Shown here: positions 10,467-20,800 of the stretch, in pieces
How positions within the stretch are numbered: the stretch's first letter is position 1
Layout: each line of letters starts with the position of its first letter
From: a virus
Lineage: Duplodnaviria; Caudoviricetes
DNA length: 64,000 nt
Virus record (IMG/VR): IMGVR_UViG_3300042539_001740
Strand: one strand, 5' to 3'
The notes under the pieces: model-generated
What the model was told of the DNA's origin: nothing
Databases searched by the model: none
What the model saw: the letters and a program-made list of their open reading frames with translations, nothing else
Made by a program: the position numbers and the translations under genes

Positions 10467-11249
10467 ATGATTATTACACACGAAGGTAAAATTGTTGATT
10501 TGGGTGGAGTACCAGTCGTGTTAGGTGTTGATGTACCACCAACACCTTCGATTACTCCAACTATAACACCAACATTAACTATTACACCTACACCAACACC
10601 AACTAGTGGTGCAACATCAGCATTAAGGTTATTGATTTTAGGTGATGCTCAAGTATCAACAGTGTCAGGACAAGTTTCAAATGAAATTGTTTCCCTTGGT
10701 TATCCAACACCAACAATTTCAGCTGTAACAATTTCAACAACCTATAGTGGTACTGGTTTAAGTTCAAGTAGTTGGGATGTTGTGTTGTACTACACCAACT
10801 CTTCACAAACTGGTGCCGTTACCTTGAACACTTCTTTGAGGAACTATGTTGATAGTGGTGGTAATTTAGTTGTTGGAACATTTATTTGGAATCTTAGGCC
10901 AATAGGTTTTGATTTTACCTTAACACCTTATGTTGGTACTGTGAATCAAAGTAGTGACTCAACTGGTAATATGACAGTAACAATAGTACATCCAATAACA
11001 ACAGGTGTGGGGACTGGTTTAACAACTAATAGTACAGTACAAAATAATTTGGTAACAACTTTACAAAGTGGTGCAAATACAATTGCTACATATACAACAT
11101 CAGGATATCCAATAATTGGTATTAATACAGTTGGAACAGCAAGATTAGTTGGTATTAACCTTTATTTCCCATCATATATTGCAACTCGTGCTAATTTAAG
11201 AAGATTAGTTACAAATGCTGTACTATGGGCGGGTAAAGTTTTGAATTAA
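10467..11249 (+). CDS. PT-linker protein with class-I GATase/ThuA-like C-terminal fold
   Basis: PPTPSITPTITPT linker, then LLILGD...WDVVLYY...LRNYVDSGGNLVV...LVTNAVLWA. Confidence 0.55.
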   Translation: MIITHEGKIVDLGGVPVVLGVDVPPTPSITPTITPTLTITPTPTPTSGATSALRLLILGDAQVSTVSGQVSNEIVSLGYPTPTISAVTISTTYSGTGLSSSSWDVVLYYTNSSQTGAVTLNTSLRNYVDSGGNLVVGTFIWNLRPIGFDFTLTPYVGTVNQSSDSTGNMTVTIVHPITTGVGTGLTTNSTVQNNLVTTLQSGANTIATYTTSGYPIIGINTVGTARLVGINLYFPSYIATRANLRRLVTNAVLWAGKVLN

Positions 11250-11264
11250 CAATATTTATAAAGT

Positions 11265-13289
11265 ATGAGTGCAACACCTAATGTAAGAGGAGAAAAAATT
11301 TTTGGTTCAATAACTGGTATTACCTTATTTTCGGCAACGACAATAAGTGGTGGAACTTTATATGGTGATGGTAGTAACTTAACTGGAATTGTTGGTGGTT
11401 CAGGTACTTCAATAACTGGAGGTACATTTTCAAATGGAAATTTAACACTAAATAATAGTACTGGTGGTACAATTGTTATTTCAGGTTCTGCCCCATATAA
11501 TGCAGGTTTGATAACAAATGCAACAGGATGGACTGATAATAATAATGGAACTCTAACTTTACCTCAAGTTACCGTTGCATTATACAATAATTCAAATTTC
11601 ATTGAACCATTAAAAGTTTATATAGTTCCAAGTGGGACAACTGGAAGTGGTGGAATACCAAGTTTATTTGATGAAGACACAAGTTATGTGGTTATTGAAT
11701 ATAATGGAGGTAGTCCAAGATATTATGTTTATGATAATGATTCTGTAATCACCGATAGTGATGTTGTGTTATTTATGATAACCTACAGAAGTGGTAATTT
11801 TGTGCATGTTTTAGAATTTGATAACTATGGAGCAGGATTACCAAATAAGATAAATGATAGAATTTTATCAACTGATAGATTTGCAAGAGAATCAGGATTT
11901 TCATTGGGCTTGAGTGGTTCGACTGGTGTCGTTACATTATCTGCAGGTGTTGCATGGAATGGGGTCTATCGTCAAGCATTACCCCAACTTAATTCTCAAG
12001 ATGATATATTTTTTCAAAGTTTTCATAGTGGTGGAACTTGGGTTTATACAACAACTGCTAATACTCTGAATAACGAATATTATGACGATGGTACAGATAA
12101 GGTTTTGGCTACAGCTGGTAAGTATTTGGTGAATTGGTATTTCAGGGGGCAAGAAGTGAATGACCACTTATATGAAGTTTGGGGTAATGATGAATATGAT
12201 AGTGTTGCAGAAGCTCAATTATCAGTAGAACCAAGTTTACCCGAATTAGTTACATCTCATGCCTTCTTAACAGGAAGAATAATTGTACAAGTTAGTGCAA
12301 CAACTGGTTCAGTTGAGAGTGCTTTCGTTAGTGTATTTCAATCAACACAAGTTACCGCACATAACGATTTAAATGCAATTCAAGGAGGTAGTGCTGGAGA
12401 ATATTTTCACTTAACTTCAACACAATATTCAAACAATGCTTACACAAATGTTGATAATATTTTTTCAGTTGGTCAGACAATTAATGGTGGTGTAACCGCA
12501 ACAACCTACTATGGTAGTGGTGCAAACTTATCAGGTTTGACTGATGTATTTGTAACTGGGGGAACATATTCAAACGGAGATATTTTATTTAGAAATAATA
12601 CTGGTGGAACATTTAATGTAAGTGGACTTACTCAAGGTACTTTAACAGGTACTGGTGTTACGAATTATTTAGCTAAATGGAATGGTGTTAACGAATTAAT
12701 TGATAGTCAAATTATTGATGATGGTACTGATATAACTTTTGGTGGGAATAGTGTAACTTTTACGGCAGATGTTAATATCAGTGGTACTACAATTATTGAT
12801 GATGATGTTATCATTTACAACGGATTAACCGCAAGTACAATCTCTGCAACCACTTATCAGAATTTACCAACGGATGTTTTTGTTACAGGTGGAACTTATT
12901 CAAATGGTACAACAACATTCACAAATAACACAGGAGGTACATTCAATGTATCAGGATTTTTTACTGGTTATACTAATGTCGTTAATTCTTTAACAACTGG
13001 TGTAGGTCTGTCTGCAAATACAACATCAGGTAATGTAACAATTATTAATACAGCACCTGACCAAACTATAACATTAAGTGGTGGAACTGGTATTACAACA
13101 GGTGGGACTTATCCAAACTTTACCATTACCAATTCATTACCAGACCAAACTGTGACATTAAGTGGTGGTACAAATATATCTGTAACAGGTACTTATCCAA
13201 ATTTCGATATCAGTTTTACAGGTTCAACAACATCAACATTTGATTATGGAAAAACTTACGCAATATCAAATAGTTATCAATTAATATAA
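11265..13289 (+). CDS. Putative tail-fibre protein
   Basis: 674 aa Thr/Gly-rich. Contains two VFVTGGTYSNG..F.NNTGGTFNVSG modules and tandem PDQT.TLSGGT.I..TGTYPNF repeats. Confidence 0.65.
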   Translation: MSATPNVRGEKIFGSITGITLFSATTISGGTLYGDGSNLTGIVGGSGTSITGGTFSNGNLTLNNSTGGTIVISGSAPYNAGLITNATGWTDNNNGTLTLPQVTVALYNNSNFIEPLKVYIVPSGTTGSGGIPSLFDEDTSYVVIEYNGGSPRYYVYDNDSVITDSDVVLFMITYRSGNFVHVLEFDNYGAGLPNKINDRILSTDRFARESGFSLGLSGSTGVVTLSAGVAWNGVYRQALPQLNSQDDIFFQSFHSGGTWVYTTTANTLNNEYYDDGTDKVLATAGKYLVNWYFRGQEVNDHLYEVWGNDEYDSVAEAQLSVEPSLPELVTSHAFLTGRIIVQVSATTGSVESAFVSVFQSTQVTAHNDLNAIQGGSAGEYFHLTSTQYSNNAYTNVDNIFSVGQTINGGVTATTYYGSGANLSGLTDVFVTGGTYSNGDILFRNNTGGTFNVSGLTQGTLTGTGVTNYLAKWNGVNELIDSQIIDDGTDITFGGNSVTFTADVNISGTTIIDDDVIIYNGLTASTISATTYQNLPTDVFVTGGTYSNGTTTFTNNTGGTFNVSGFFTGYTNVVNSLTTGVGLSANTTSGNVTIINTAPDQTITLSGGTGITTGGTYPNFTITNSLPDQTVTLSGGTNISVTGTYPNFDISFTGSTTSTFDYGKTYAISNSYQLI

Positions 13290-13301
13290 AAATATAAAAA
13301 T

Positions 13302-13721
13302 ATGCCAGCAAATACATCACCAATTTTTACACTAACACCAAAAATACAATGGGCTGATGCAATGACATCAGCTAATACCACAAAAGATTTAACATCAGGC
13401 ACAATTTATCCTGTATTTACGGGTGGAACTAACGGAAGTTATGTTCAGAGAATAAGATTTAGAACTTTGGGTCAAAATCTTGCCGCAACAGTAGGTAGGG
13501 TATGGATTAACAATGGTGGAACAACCGGTACTGCAACAAACAATAATCTATGGGATGAAATAACATTACCAACAACAGCAGCATCTGAGGTTGCAGCACA
13601 ATCGACTTATGAATTACCTTTGAATTTTGCCTTACCCGCAAATTATGTAATTTATGTAACTTTGGGTACGGCACCTAATGCTGCAGGTTGGGATGCAACC
13701 ATAATCGGTGGTGATTACTAA
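13302..13721 (+). CDS. Small beta-rich virion protein (possible fibre adaptor)
   Basis: 139-aa ORF between the fibre gene and the Gly-rich genes. Confidence 0.6.
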   Translation: MPANTSPIFTLTPKIQWADAMTSANTTKDLTSGTIYPVFTGGTNGSYVQRIRFRTLGQNLAATVGRVWINNGGTTGTATNNNLWDEITLPTTAASEVAAQSTYELPLNFALPANYVIYVTLGTAPNAAGWDATIIGGDY

Positions 13722-13732
13722 AAAAATTAATT

Positions 13733-13906
13733 ATGTACATATACGCACTATGTGAGTTTAACTATGGTTATGAAGGTCAATTTTATCAAAGAAATGATGA
13801 GTTTGGTAATACCGCTTTCTTTAGTTTGGTTGGTGACCCTTTGGATTTAGTTTCACCTTATGGATACTTTATAGTTGAAACAAATGTAATTCCACCTTGG
13901 GCTTAA
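13733..13906 (+). CDS. Small hypothetical protein (57 aa), below the ORF-track cutoff
   Basis: Manual translation MYIYALCEFNYGYEGQFYQRNDEFGNTAFFSLVGDPLDLVSPYGYFIVETNVIPPWA*; fills the gap exactly, with an A-rich start context. Confidence 0.65.
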   Translation: MYIYALCEFNYGYEGQFYQRNDEFGNTAFFSLVGDPLDLVSPYGYFIVETNVIPPWA

Positions 13907-13916
13907 ATAATAATTT

Positions 13917-14816
13917 ATGATTGATTATAATAACCTCCCCAATTTAGACAATAGTGTTGCTATATTTTACGCTATTGGTTCGAGTACTTGGCAAACTTGG
14001 CAAAAACCAAGGGGTTGTAAGTTTGTATATATGCTCGTCATCGGTGGTGGGGCTGGAGGTGGTGGAGGTCAATCAGGTACTGGTGTCGGAAGAACTGGTG
14101 GTGGTGGAGGTGGGTCTTCGGGTATGAACAAAGGTATGTTTATGGCTAATACACTACCTGATATTGTATACATCAATGTTGGTTATGGTGGGGCTGGTGG
14201 AACACCAAATAGTAACGGAAGTGCTGGTAGTATTTCATATGTATCAGTTTTACCTGATACTACAAGTGTGAATGTTTTACTATATAGTAATTCCACCACA
14301 CCTGGTGGAGGTGCTGCTGCAGGTACTCTTGGAGGTACTGGTGGTGCACCTACAGCGGCAAATCAAATCTTGGGTTATTCAGGTGTCAATTTATTTGGTG
14401 CAGGTCAAAATGGTACAAGTGGTGGGTCTAATGCAGGAGGTAATGGTACGGCTTTAGCACCAACTTCTCCATTATGTGGTGGGTCTGGTGGAGGTGGGTC
14501 AAGTGCCGCAAACGCAAATGGAACTGGTGGTAATGTGAATACAGGTGGTGTTTTTCCTACATTATCAGGTGGAGCAGCGGGTGGCACAAATAGAGGAACT
14601 GATGGATTTACAGGTTCTTTTCCAAATAAATCAAATGTTTTAAGAAACGCCTTTATTTTTACTGGTGGTTCGGGTGGGGGAGCAAATGGTGCTGGTATAG
14701 GGGGTGATGGTGGTAATGGAGCTTTCGGTTGTGGAGGTGGTGGTGGAGGTGCTGGGACTACTGGTGGTTCAGGTGGAAGAGGTGGTGATGGTTTAGTAAT
14801 AATTATATCTTGGTAA
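13917..14816 (+). CDS. Glycine-rich domain protein (polyglycine-II bundle, putative adhesin), paralog 1
   Basis: WQTWQKPRGCKFVYMLVIGGGAGGGGG ... GGRGGDGLVIIISW, a Gly_rich_2/ALK-GR-like architecture. Confidence 0.7.
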   Translation: MIDYNNLPNLDNSVAIFYAIGSSTWQTWQKPRGCKFVYMLVIGGGAGGGGGQSGTGVGRTGGGGGGSSGMNKGMFMANTLPDIVYINVGYGGAGGTPNSNGSAGSISYVSVLPDTTSVNVLLYSNSTTPGGGAAAGTLGGTGGAPTAANQILGYSGVNLFGAGQNGTSGGSNAGGNGTALAPTSPLCGGSGGGGSSAANANGTGGNVNTGGVFPTLSGGAAGGTNRGTDGFTGSFPNKSNVLRNAFIFTGGSGGGANGAGIGGDGGNGAFGCGGGGGGAGTTGGSGGRGGDGLVIIISW

Positions 14817-14817
14817 T

Positions 14818-15708
14818 ATGTTAGATTTATTTCATTTAGCCGATACAACTTATAATACTCAAGTATTTTATAGAACAGGCCCTTGGGAAACTTGGATTAA
14901 ACCTAAAGGTTGTAAATTCATACACTTCTTTGTATTAGGAGGTGGTGCTGGTGGTGCTGGTGGATTGACAGGTATTGCCGGAACTAATAGAAATGGTGGT
15001 GGTGGAGGTGGTAGTAGTGCCCTAACAACACTATTAATTCCCGCTTTTTTTGTCCCTGAAAGATTACATATTTTAATAGGTCCAGGTGGTGCTGGTGGGG
15101 CTGCGTCATCGAATGGTACTGCGGGAACTGTTACTTATGTTGGAATAAATAATGTTACAACATTTGTCCAAAATCATCTAATTATTAGTAGCTCGAGTAA
15201 TAATACCGGTGGGAATTCAAATGCTGCTGCAGGTACTGGTAATAATCCTAATACCGTAGCTAATAGTGTATTGATGGGTATGGGTATTTTTAATTCTATC
15301 GGTGGTGTTAATGGTTCTGTTGGGGGTTCTTTTGGAGCAGGAACAAATATTACAATATCAAGACCAACAACTGGTGGTGCAGGTGGTGGGGGTTTAACTA
15401 CAGCTAATGTTCAAGCCGTTGGTGGTAATATAACTGGAGCAGGGTTTATCCCCACGATAAGTGGTGGAGCTGTTGGTGGATTTAATGGTGGTGCGGGATT
15501 TAATCAATTTAATCCCTCATCGATACTATCAAGTTCTTCACCTTTATTTTTTACAGGTGGTGCTGGTGGTGGTTCGAATGCAAGTGGTACTGGTGGTAAT
15601 GGTGGAGATGGTGGATGGGGTTGTGGCGGAGGTGGTGGAGGGGGTGGACTCACTGGTGGAAGAGGGGGTAGAGGTGGCGATGGTTTAGTAATAATAACTT
15701 GTTGGTAA
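14818..15708 (+). CDS. Glycine-rich domain protein, paralog 2
   Basis: WETWIKPKGCKFIHFFVLGGGAGG ... GGRGGDGLVIITCW. Confidence 0.7.
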   Translation: MLDLFHLADTTYNTQVFYRTGPWETWIKPKGCKFIHFFVLGGGAGGAGGLTGIAGTNRNGGGGGGSSALTTLLIPAFFVPERLHILIGPGGAGGAASSNGTAGTVTYVGINNVTTFVQNHLIISSSSNNTGGNSNAAAGTGNNPNTVANSVLMGMGIFNSIGGVNGSVGGSFGAGTNITISRPTTGGAGGGGLTTANVQAVGGNITGAGFIPTISGGAVGGFNGGAGFNQFNPSSILSSSSPLFFTGGAGGGSNASGTGGNGGDGGWGCGGGGGGGGLTGGRGGRGGDGLVIITCW

Positions 15709-15712
15709 TAAT

Positions 15713-16633
15713 ATGATAGATAATTTTAATTTACCTAATAATGATAAGAATGTTCAATCATTCTATGGGATAGGTTCGGCTGTTTGGCAAACTTGGCAAA
15801 AACCGAATGGTTGTAAGTTTATGCAAATGATTGTCATCGGTGGAGGTGGAGGAGGTGGTGCGGGTGCTACAAGTATTGCTGGTAGTGCTAGGTCAGGTGG
15901 TGCTGGTGGTGGTGCTTCGGCAATAAGTCGAGCTTTTGGTACACTTTCAACTATTCCTGATACACTTTATATTTTAGTTGGTATGGGGGGTACTGGTGGG
16001 TTACCTACGGCAGGAGCTGGAGGTAATGGTACTGTAGGTACTTTATCGTATGTTAGTGTACAACCAAATACAACAACATCAAATATAATTTTAGCAAGTG
16101 GAGCTGCCGCAGCAGGGGCAGGTAATGGTGGAGCTGTCGGTAGTTCTAATGCTACCGCAGGTAGTGCTGGTACAGTATTTCTTCAGACCGCAGGATTTCT
16201 TAGTTATAATTTTTTGGTATCTTTGATAGCTGGACAATTAGGGGGAAGTGGAGGTAACCAAAATCAATCAGGTACTGCAGTATCTTTGACTAATATCGTT
16301 TCAGGTGGTGCAGGTGGAGCTGGTGTATCAACAACTTCTCGTGTTGGTGCGAATGTAACAGGTTCAGGATTTGTCTCAACAATAAACGGAGGTAATCCAA
16401 CCAACCCATCTGAAGCTGATAGCGGATTCTCATCATATAATGAGCAATTAATCAATATGCCATATAATTTGTTTTTCACAGGTGGTGCTGGAGGATACGC
16501 TAATAATACTACCGCTGGAGGTATTGGAGGAAATGGTGCGTATGGTTCAGGTGGTGGAGGTGGTGGTGCTGGAACTACTGGAGGAAGAGGTGGAAATGGA
16601 GGGGATGGTTTAGTTATAATAACTTGTTGGTAA
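15713..16633 (+). CDS. Glycine-rich domain protein, paralog 3
   Basis: WQTWQKPNGCKFMQMIVIGGGGGGG ... GGNGGDGLVIITCW. Confidence 0.7.
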   Translation: MIDNFNLPNNDKNVQSFYGIGSAVWQTWQKPNGCKFMQMIVIGGGGGGGAGATSIAGSARSGGAGGGASAISRAFGTLSTIPDTLYILVGMGGTGGLPTAGAGGNGTVGTLSYVSVQPNTTTSNIILASGAAAAGAGNGGAVGSSNATAGSAGTVFLQTAGFLSYNFLVSLIAGQLGGSGGNQNQSGTAVSLTNIVSGGAGGAGVSTTSRVGANVTGSGFVSTINGGNPTNPSEADSGFSSYNEQLINMPYNLFFTGGAGGYANNTTAGGIGGNGAYGSGGGGGGAGTTGGRGGNGGDGLVIITCW

Positions 16634-16645
16634 TATTTATCCTAT

Positions 16646-17899
16646 ATGCCACATCAAATAAGTATATCAGCAACAACTGGGACACCCCCATATCAAGTCA
16701 TAGTTTGTGATGTAACATTAATCTATTGTTATACACTAACTGGCTCAACATCATTATCGGCAACAACAACTTTTGATATTCCATCACCTTTAGATGTTGC
16801 GGATAGTATAATTATTAAAGTTATTGATAGTAACGGATGTGAAACATTTTTACCATATAGTTGTCCTGTAACACCGACACCTACTCCAACAATTACACCT
16901 ACACCAAGTTCGACACCAACTGATTTATGTAGATGTATTCAAATAACGAATACTGGAACAACTGGTGGAACTTTTTATTATACACAATGTGATGGAACAA
17001 TTACAAGTGTATTACCAATCAACTCAGGTACAACATTATATTATTGTGGTAGTAATCCAATTGCTTTGACTGAATGTGATATTTTTATTGGTGATGTTTG
17101 TGTAAACAATAGTTGTGTTGCAATCACACCTACACCAACACCAACGATTTCATTAACCCCAAGTGTAACACCAAGTATAACACCAACAATAAGTGTAACA
17201 CCAACAATTTCAGTAACTCCGAGTATAACACCTACAATAAGTGTAACACCAACTATAACACCAACAATAACTCCAACAATAAGTGTAACACCAAGTATTA
17301 CACCATCTGTTACACCAACATCATCTCCATTACCTTCAACATTTGCTTATTTGTTTATTGAACCAATAAGTGCCGCAACAAGTATTGGTAACTATATGTT
17401 TGGTAATGGAGCTCCACAATTCTTTGGTTTCAGTAATACAAGTCAACCAAGTTCAAGTGCAACGACATTTAATACTGAGATGAACTTGTATGTTAATTAT
17501 AGTGGTTGGACAAATGGTGAATTACCAACGATTATAACATCCAATGTACCACAAACAACTGGTGGTGTAGATAGTTTCGGTAATACAAAAATAGCATACA
17601 ATTTTGAAACGACAGAAATACTTCAAAATACAATATTAGACCAAGCTTGGTACACTTGGATTATACCAATTGTTTTAACAAATAATCAATCTCAATTAGA
17701 TATTGATTTAAGTTTAGGTAATCCGAATGTATTTAGTAATGTGTTAACAGAATCAACAATTAGAACAAATACATTTACATATACTGGTTCAACAATACCA
17801 TCAGTAACTTATAGGGTATATACAACATATCCAGCTGGTGATTTCTTAATAGATAATCAAACGACAGATATATATTTTAAAGGAGGTAGTGTAGGCTAA
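16646..17899 (+). CDS. Mucin-like Pro/Thr/Ser-repeat virion protein with Cys-containing small domains
   Basis: Two PT tracts ([19 protein letters not shown]; [17 protein letters not shown] repeats) separating globular domains. Confidence 0.7.
   Translation: MPHQISISATTGTPPYQVIVCDVTLIYCYTLTGSTSLSATTTFDIPSPLDVADSIIIKVIDSNGCETFLPYSCPVTPTPTPTITPTPSSTPTDLCRCIQITNTGTTGGTFYYTQCDGTITSVLPINSGTTLYYCGSNPIALTECDIFIGDVCVNNSCVAITPTPTPTISLTPSVTPSITPTISVTPTISVTPSITPTISVTPTITPTITPTISVTPSITPSVTPTSSPLPSTFAYLFIEPISAATSIGNYMFGNGAPQFFGFSNTSQPSSSATTFNTEMNLYVNYSGWTNGELPTIITSNVPQTTGGVDSFGNTKIAYNFETTEILQNTILDQAWYTWIIPIVLTNNQSQLDIDLSLGNPNVFSNVLTESTIRTNTFTYTGSTIPSVTYRVYTTYPAGDFLIDNQTTDIYFKGGSVG
17122..17322 (+). repeat. 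Tandem repeats encoding TPS(V/I)TPTISV mucin-like tract
   Basis: Repeated aagtgtaacacc/aacacc units. Confidence 0.85.
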
Positions 17900-20800
17900 T
17901 GAGTTTTCCATATAAAAATCCAATAAGTCCTAATCAATTATTGGGACAACAAAGTTTAGAAAGAACAAAAACATTTGGGACTAGTTACTCAACTTTGTCC
18001 ACTGGTGGTTATATGGAAGTATATTCTTTAGACCAACTATATTACACAATCCCGCCATCCACATTCGGACCAATTGAGTTTAGTGGAAATAGTATTCCAA
18101 TCACATTTTCAAAAGGTAGTGGTACAACATTTTCCTATGATACATTAACTTTACAACCTGACAATATTTCTTCGGGTAGAAGAAAACAAGGTATGTTGGT
18201 TTATGTAAAAGAAGTTGACCAAGTTTATCAATATTCAATTAATAACTACGAAACCCTTTGGAACAATGCAACTGGTTCTACTGGTACAACAATAATATCA
18301 GACTTTGGTACGACCATAAGGGCTAACTCACCTGAAAATATAACTTTCATTAATAGTTGGACAGCAAATACTATTGATGGGGTTGGTGGTGTAACACGAG
18401 CTAATGCTGTATGGAAAAAATATCACGGAACTAATTTAGCTATAACTGGTGGTTCTTATAATTCTATCACGAACACATTGACATTAACAAACATAACTGG
18501 GGGCACTCAAAATATCACTGGTTTTGGAGGTGGAGGTGGTGGGGGTGCTACAATCACTGGTGGTACTTTTGACAAGAACACTGAGACATTAACTTTAAGT
18601 TCTTCAGGTGGTAGTATATTCATTACAGGTTTTACTGATGTTTATACAACTGGTGGTACTTTTGATAATGGTGCAAAATCTTTAGAGTTATATGATAATA
18701 GTGGAAATACTATTACTATAACTGGATTTACATCTGTAACAGGTTTAACAGGTGCTGGAGCTTATGGAAGTTTTTCAGATACAACTAACCAACCAGTTAG
18801 TGGTGCTAATATAGAAACAGTTTGGACATATAACACAACCGAGATTTCCAATGGTATATATATATCAGGTGGTTCAAAAATTAGGGTATCACAATATGGA
18901 ATTTATAGTATAGGATATTCGGGTCAAATTGAAAAAACACAAGGTGGTACTGCAACCGATGTTACAATATGGGCAAAAATAAATGGAAATAATGTGGACA
19001 GAAGTTCATCAACAACTACATTAGTTTCTAACTCCGCATATATACTCCCATTTGTTTCGTACATATTTGAACTATATCCTAATGACTATTTGGAATTTTA
19101 TTTTTCAGCTCCAAGTCAATATGTACAACTAACAACATTATCAGGATTAACTTCACCAACAAGACCAGATTCTCCTTCAGTAATTATTGTTGCACAATCT
19201 GTGTTAGGAACTACCGCAACATTTACTGGTAATACTTCAGCAACTTGTATTACTGACTTGTATGTTGAAAATCTATATGGTTGTTCACCAATTAATGTTA
19301 ATGATTTATTAATTGGAAATTCAGGAATAACAACATCAAGTTTAACAGGTACAACTATTAGAAATAACTTTATTGTTGATAGTGGGAACACAATCACGAT
19401 AAAAAACTCAAATAGACAATTGATGGATACTTCAGGTGTCGTGTCTGTTGATTGGTCAAATAGAACTATTAACGATAGTGGAAACAACATATCAATAGAT
19501 TGGGAAAATAGAAAAGCAAAAGATACTTTAGGTAATAATTCTATCGATTGGGAGAGTAAAGGTTTAATCGATTCTACAAATACAAACTCAGTCGGCTGGG
19601 ATTCAAGAAGAGCATATGATAGTTTGGGTGGAACTAGTTTAGATTGGGAATCTAAGGATTTATATGATTCATCTTCAGTAATTTCGTTAAACTATAACTC
19701 AAGAACTTTAACTGACTCAGGGTCAAATATACTTTTGGATTGGCAAAATGGTATTGCTGATTTAAGTAGTTTATATTCAACAAATATTTCTGCAAATACA
19801 ATATCAGCAACAACTTATCAGAATCTACCAACAGAAGTTTTTGTAACTGGTGCAACTTATTCTAATAATACAATTACTTTCACCAATAATACTGGAGGTA
19901 CTTTCAATGTTTTATTTAACACCTTTACTGGTGCTACGATTAATGGTAATTTAAGTGTAACTGGTTCAACTTCTTCATCTTCATTTAGTGGAAGTAGTGA
20001 TACAATAACTGGCAGTAAAGGTAGTGTAATCACAAGTGGTAGTTCTACAACCGCGTTTATTAATGTTTCAGGTAGTAATACAGTTGGGGGTACTGGATAT
20101 ACTGACTTCATAAGAGTTACAAATACCGCAGCAGGAGCTACAAATATAAACAAAACAATTCGTGTTAACAATAATGGTCGTTTAGAGTTTTTGAATAGTG
20201 CATATACCTTCCAAACATTAAACTTGTCAGATAATGGAATTCTTAGTGTTGGTGGGGATAATTTTGCAGGGACATCATCAAGTGATGGCGTATCAAATTA
20301 CTTACAATTTGGTAATAATGCCTCCCAAATCTATGATGATGGTAATTTTCACATTCATAGTAGGTCTGCTGGGCAATCAATGTGGATTAACACTAATGGT
20401 GGACAATTAAATCTATTAACTCAAGCACCACTTGCTGGTGCCAGTATAGGTTCAGGTATTGCTATTGCAACTACATCATTGAATGGTTATGTAACTATCA
20501 ACACTGGTAGAACTGTTACTACGGCCGCAGCTTATGGATTTTTGACCACGGGTGGTGCTGGTACTTACCCAGGTGGTTCTCAGTCAGTATCCATTTCATT
20601 ATATGCAAACAATCGTATTTGGGGTCAAGAAATAGATGCGTTCTCAGATGAGAGAATGAAGGACATACAAGGTGAAATAACTTTAGAAGAAGGAGTTAAA
20701 TTGGTGAATAATTTAATACCAATTAAATACACTTGGAAAGAAGGTGATGATAAAGATATAAAAGCTGGTTACTCGGCACAACAAGTGTCAAAGGCGGGAT

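Noticed and set aside
14405-14848. Pro-rich minus-strand ORF, and similar shadow ORFs such as 61037..61597, 27728..28210 and 19116..19490
   Set aside because: These are antisense mirrors of Gly-rich or otherwise well-supported genes, with no independent start signals.
13917-16633. Diversity-generating retroelement (template/variable repeat) among the Gly-rich paralogues
   Set aside because: Differences between the similar 3' ends are not adenine-specific, the copies are full genes, and there is no reverse transcriptase in the window.
7736-17322. CRISPR-like array in the acacc-rich repeats
   Set aside because: The repeats are in-frame, degenerate at third positions and lack unique spacers; they are explained by Pro/Thr codons.
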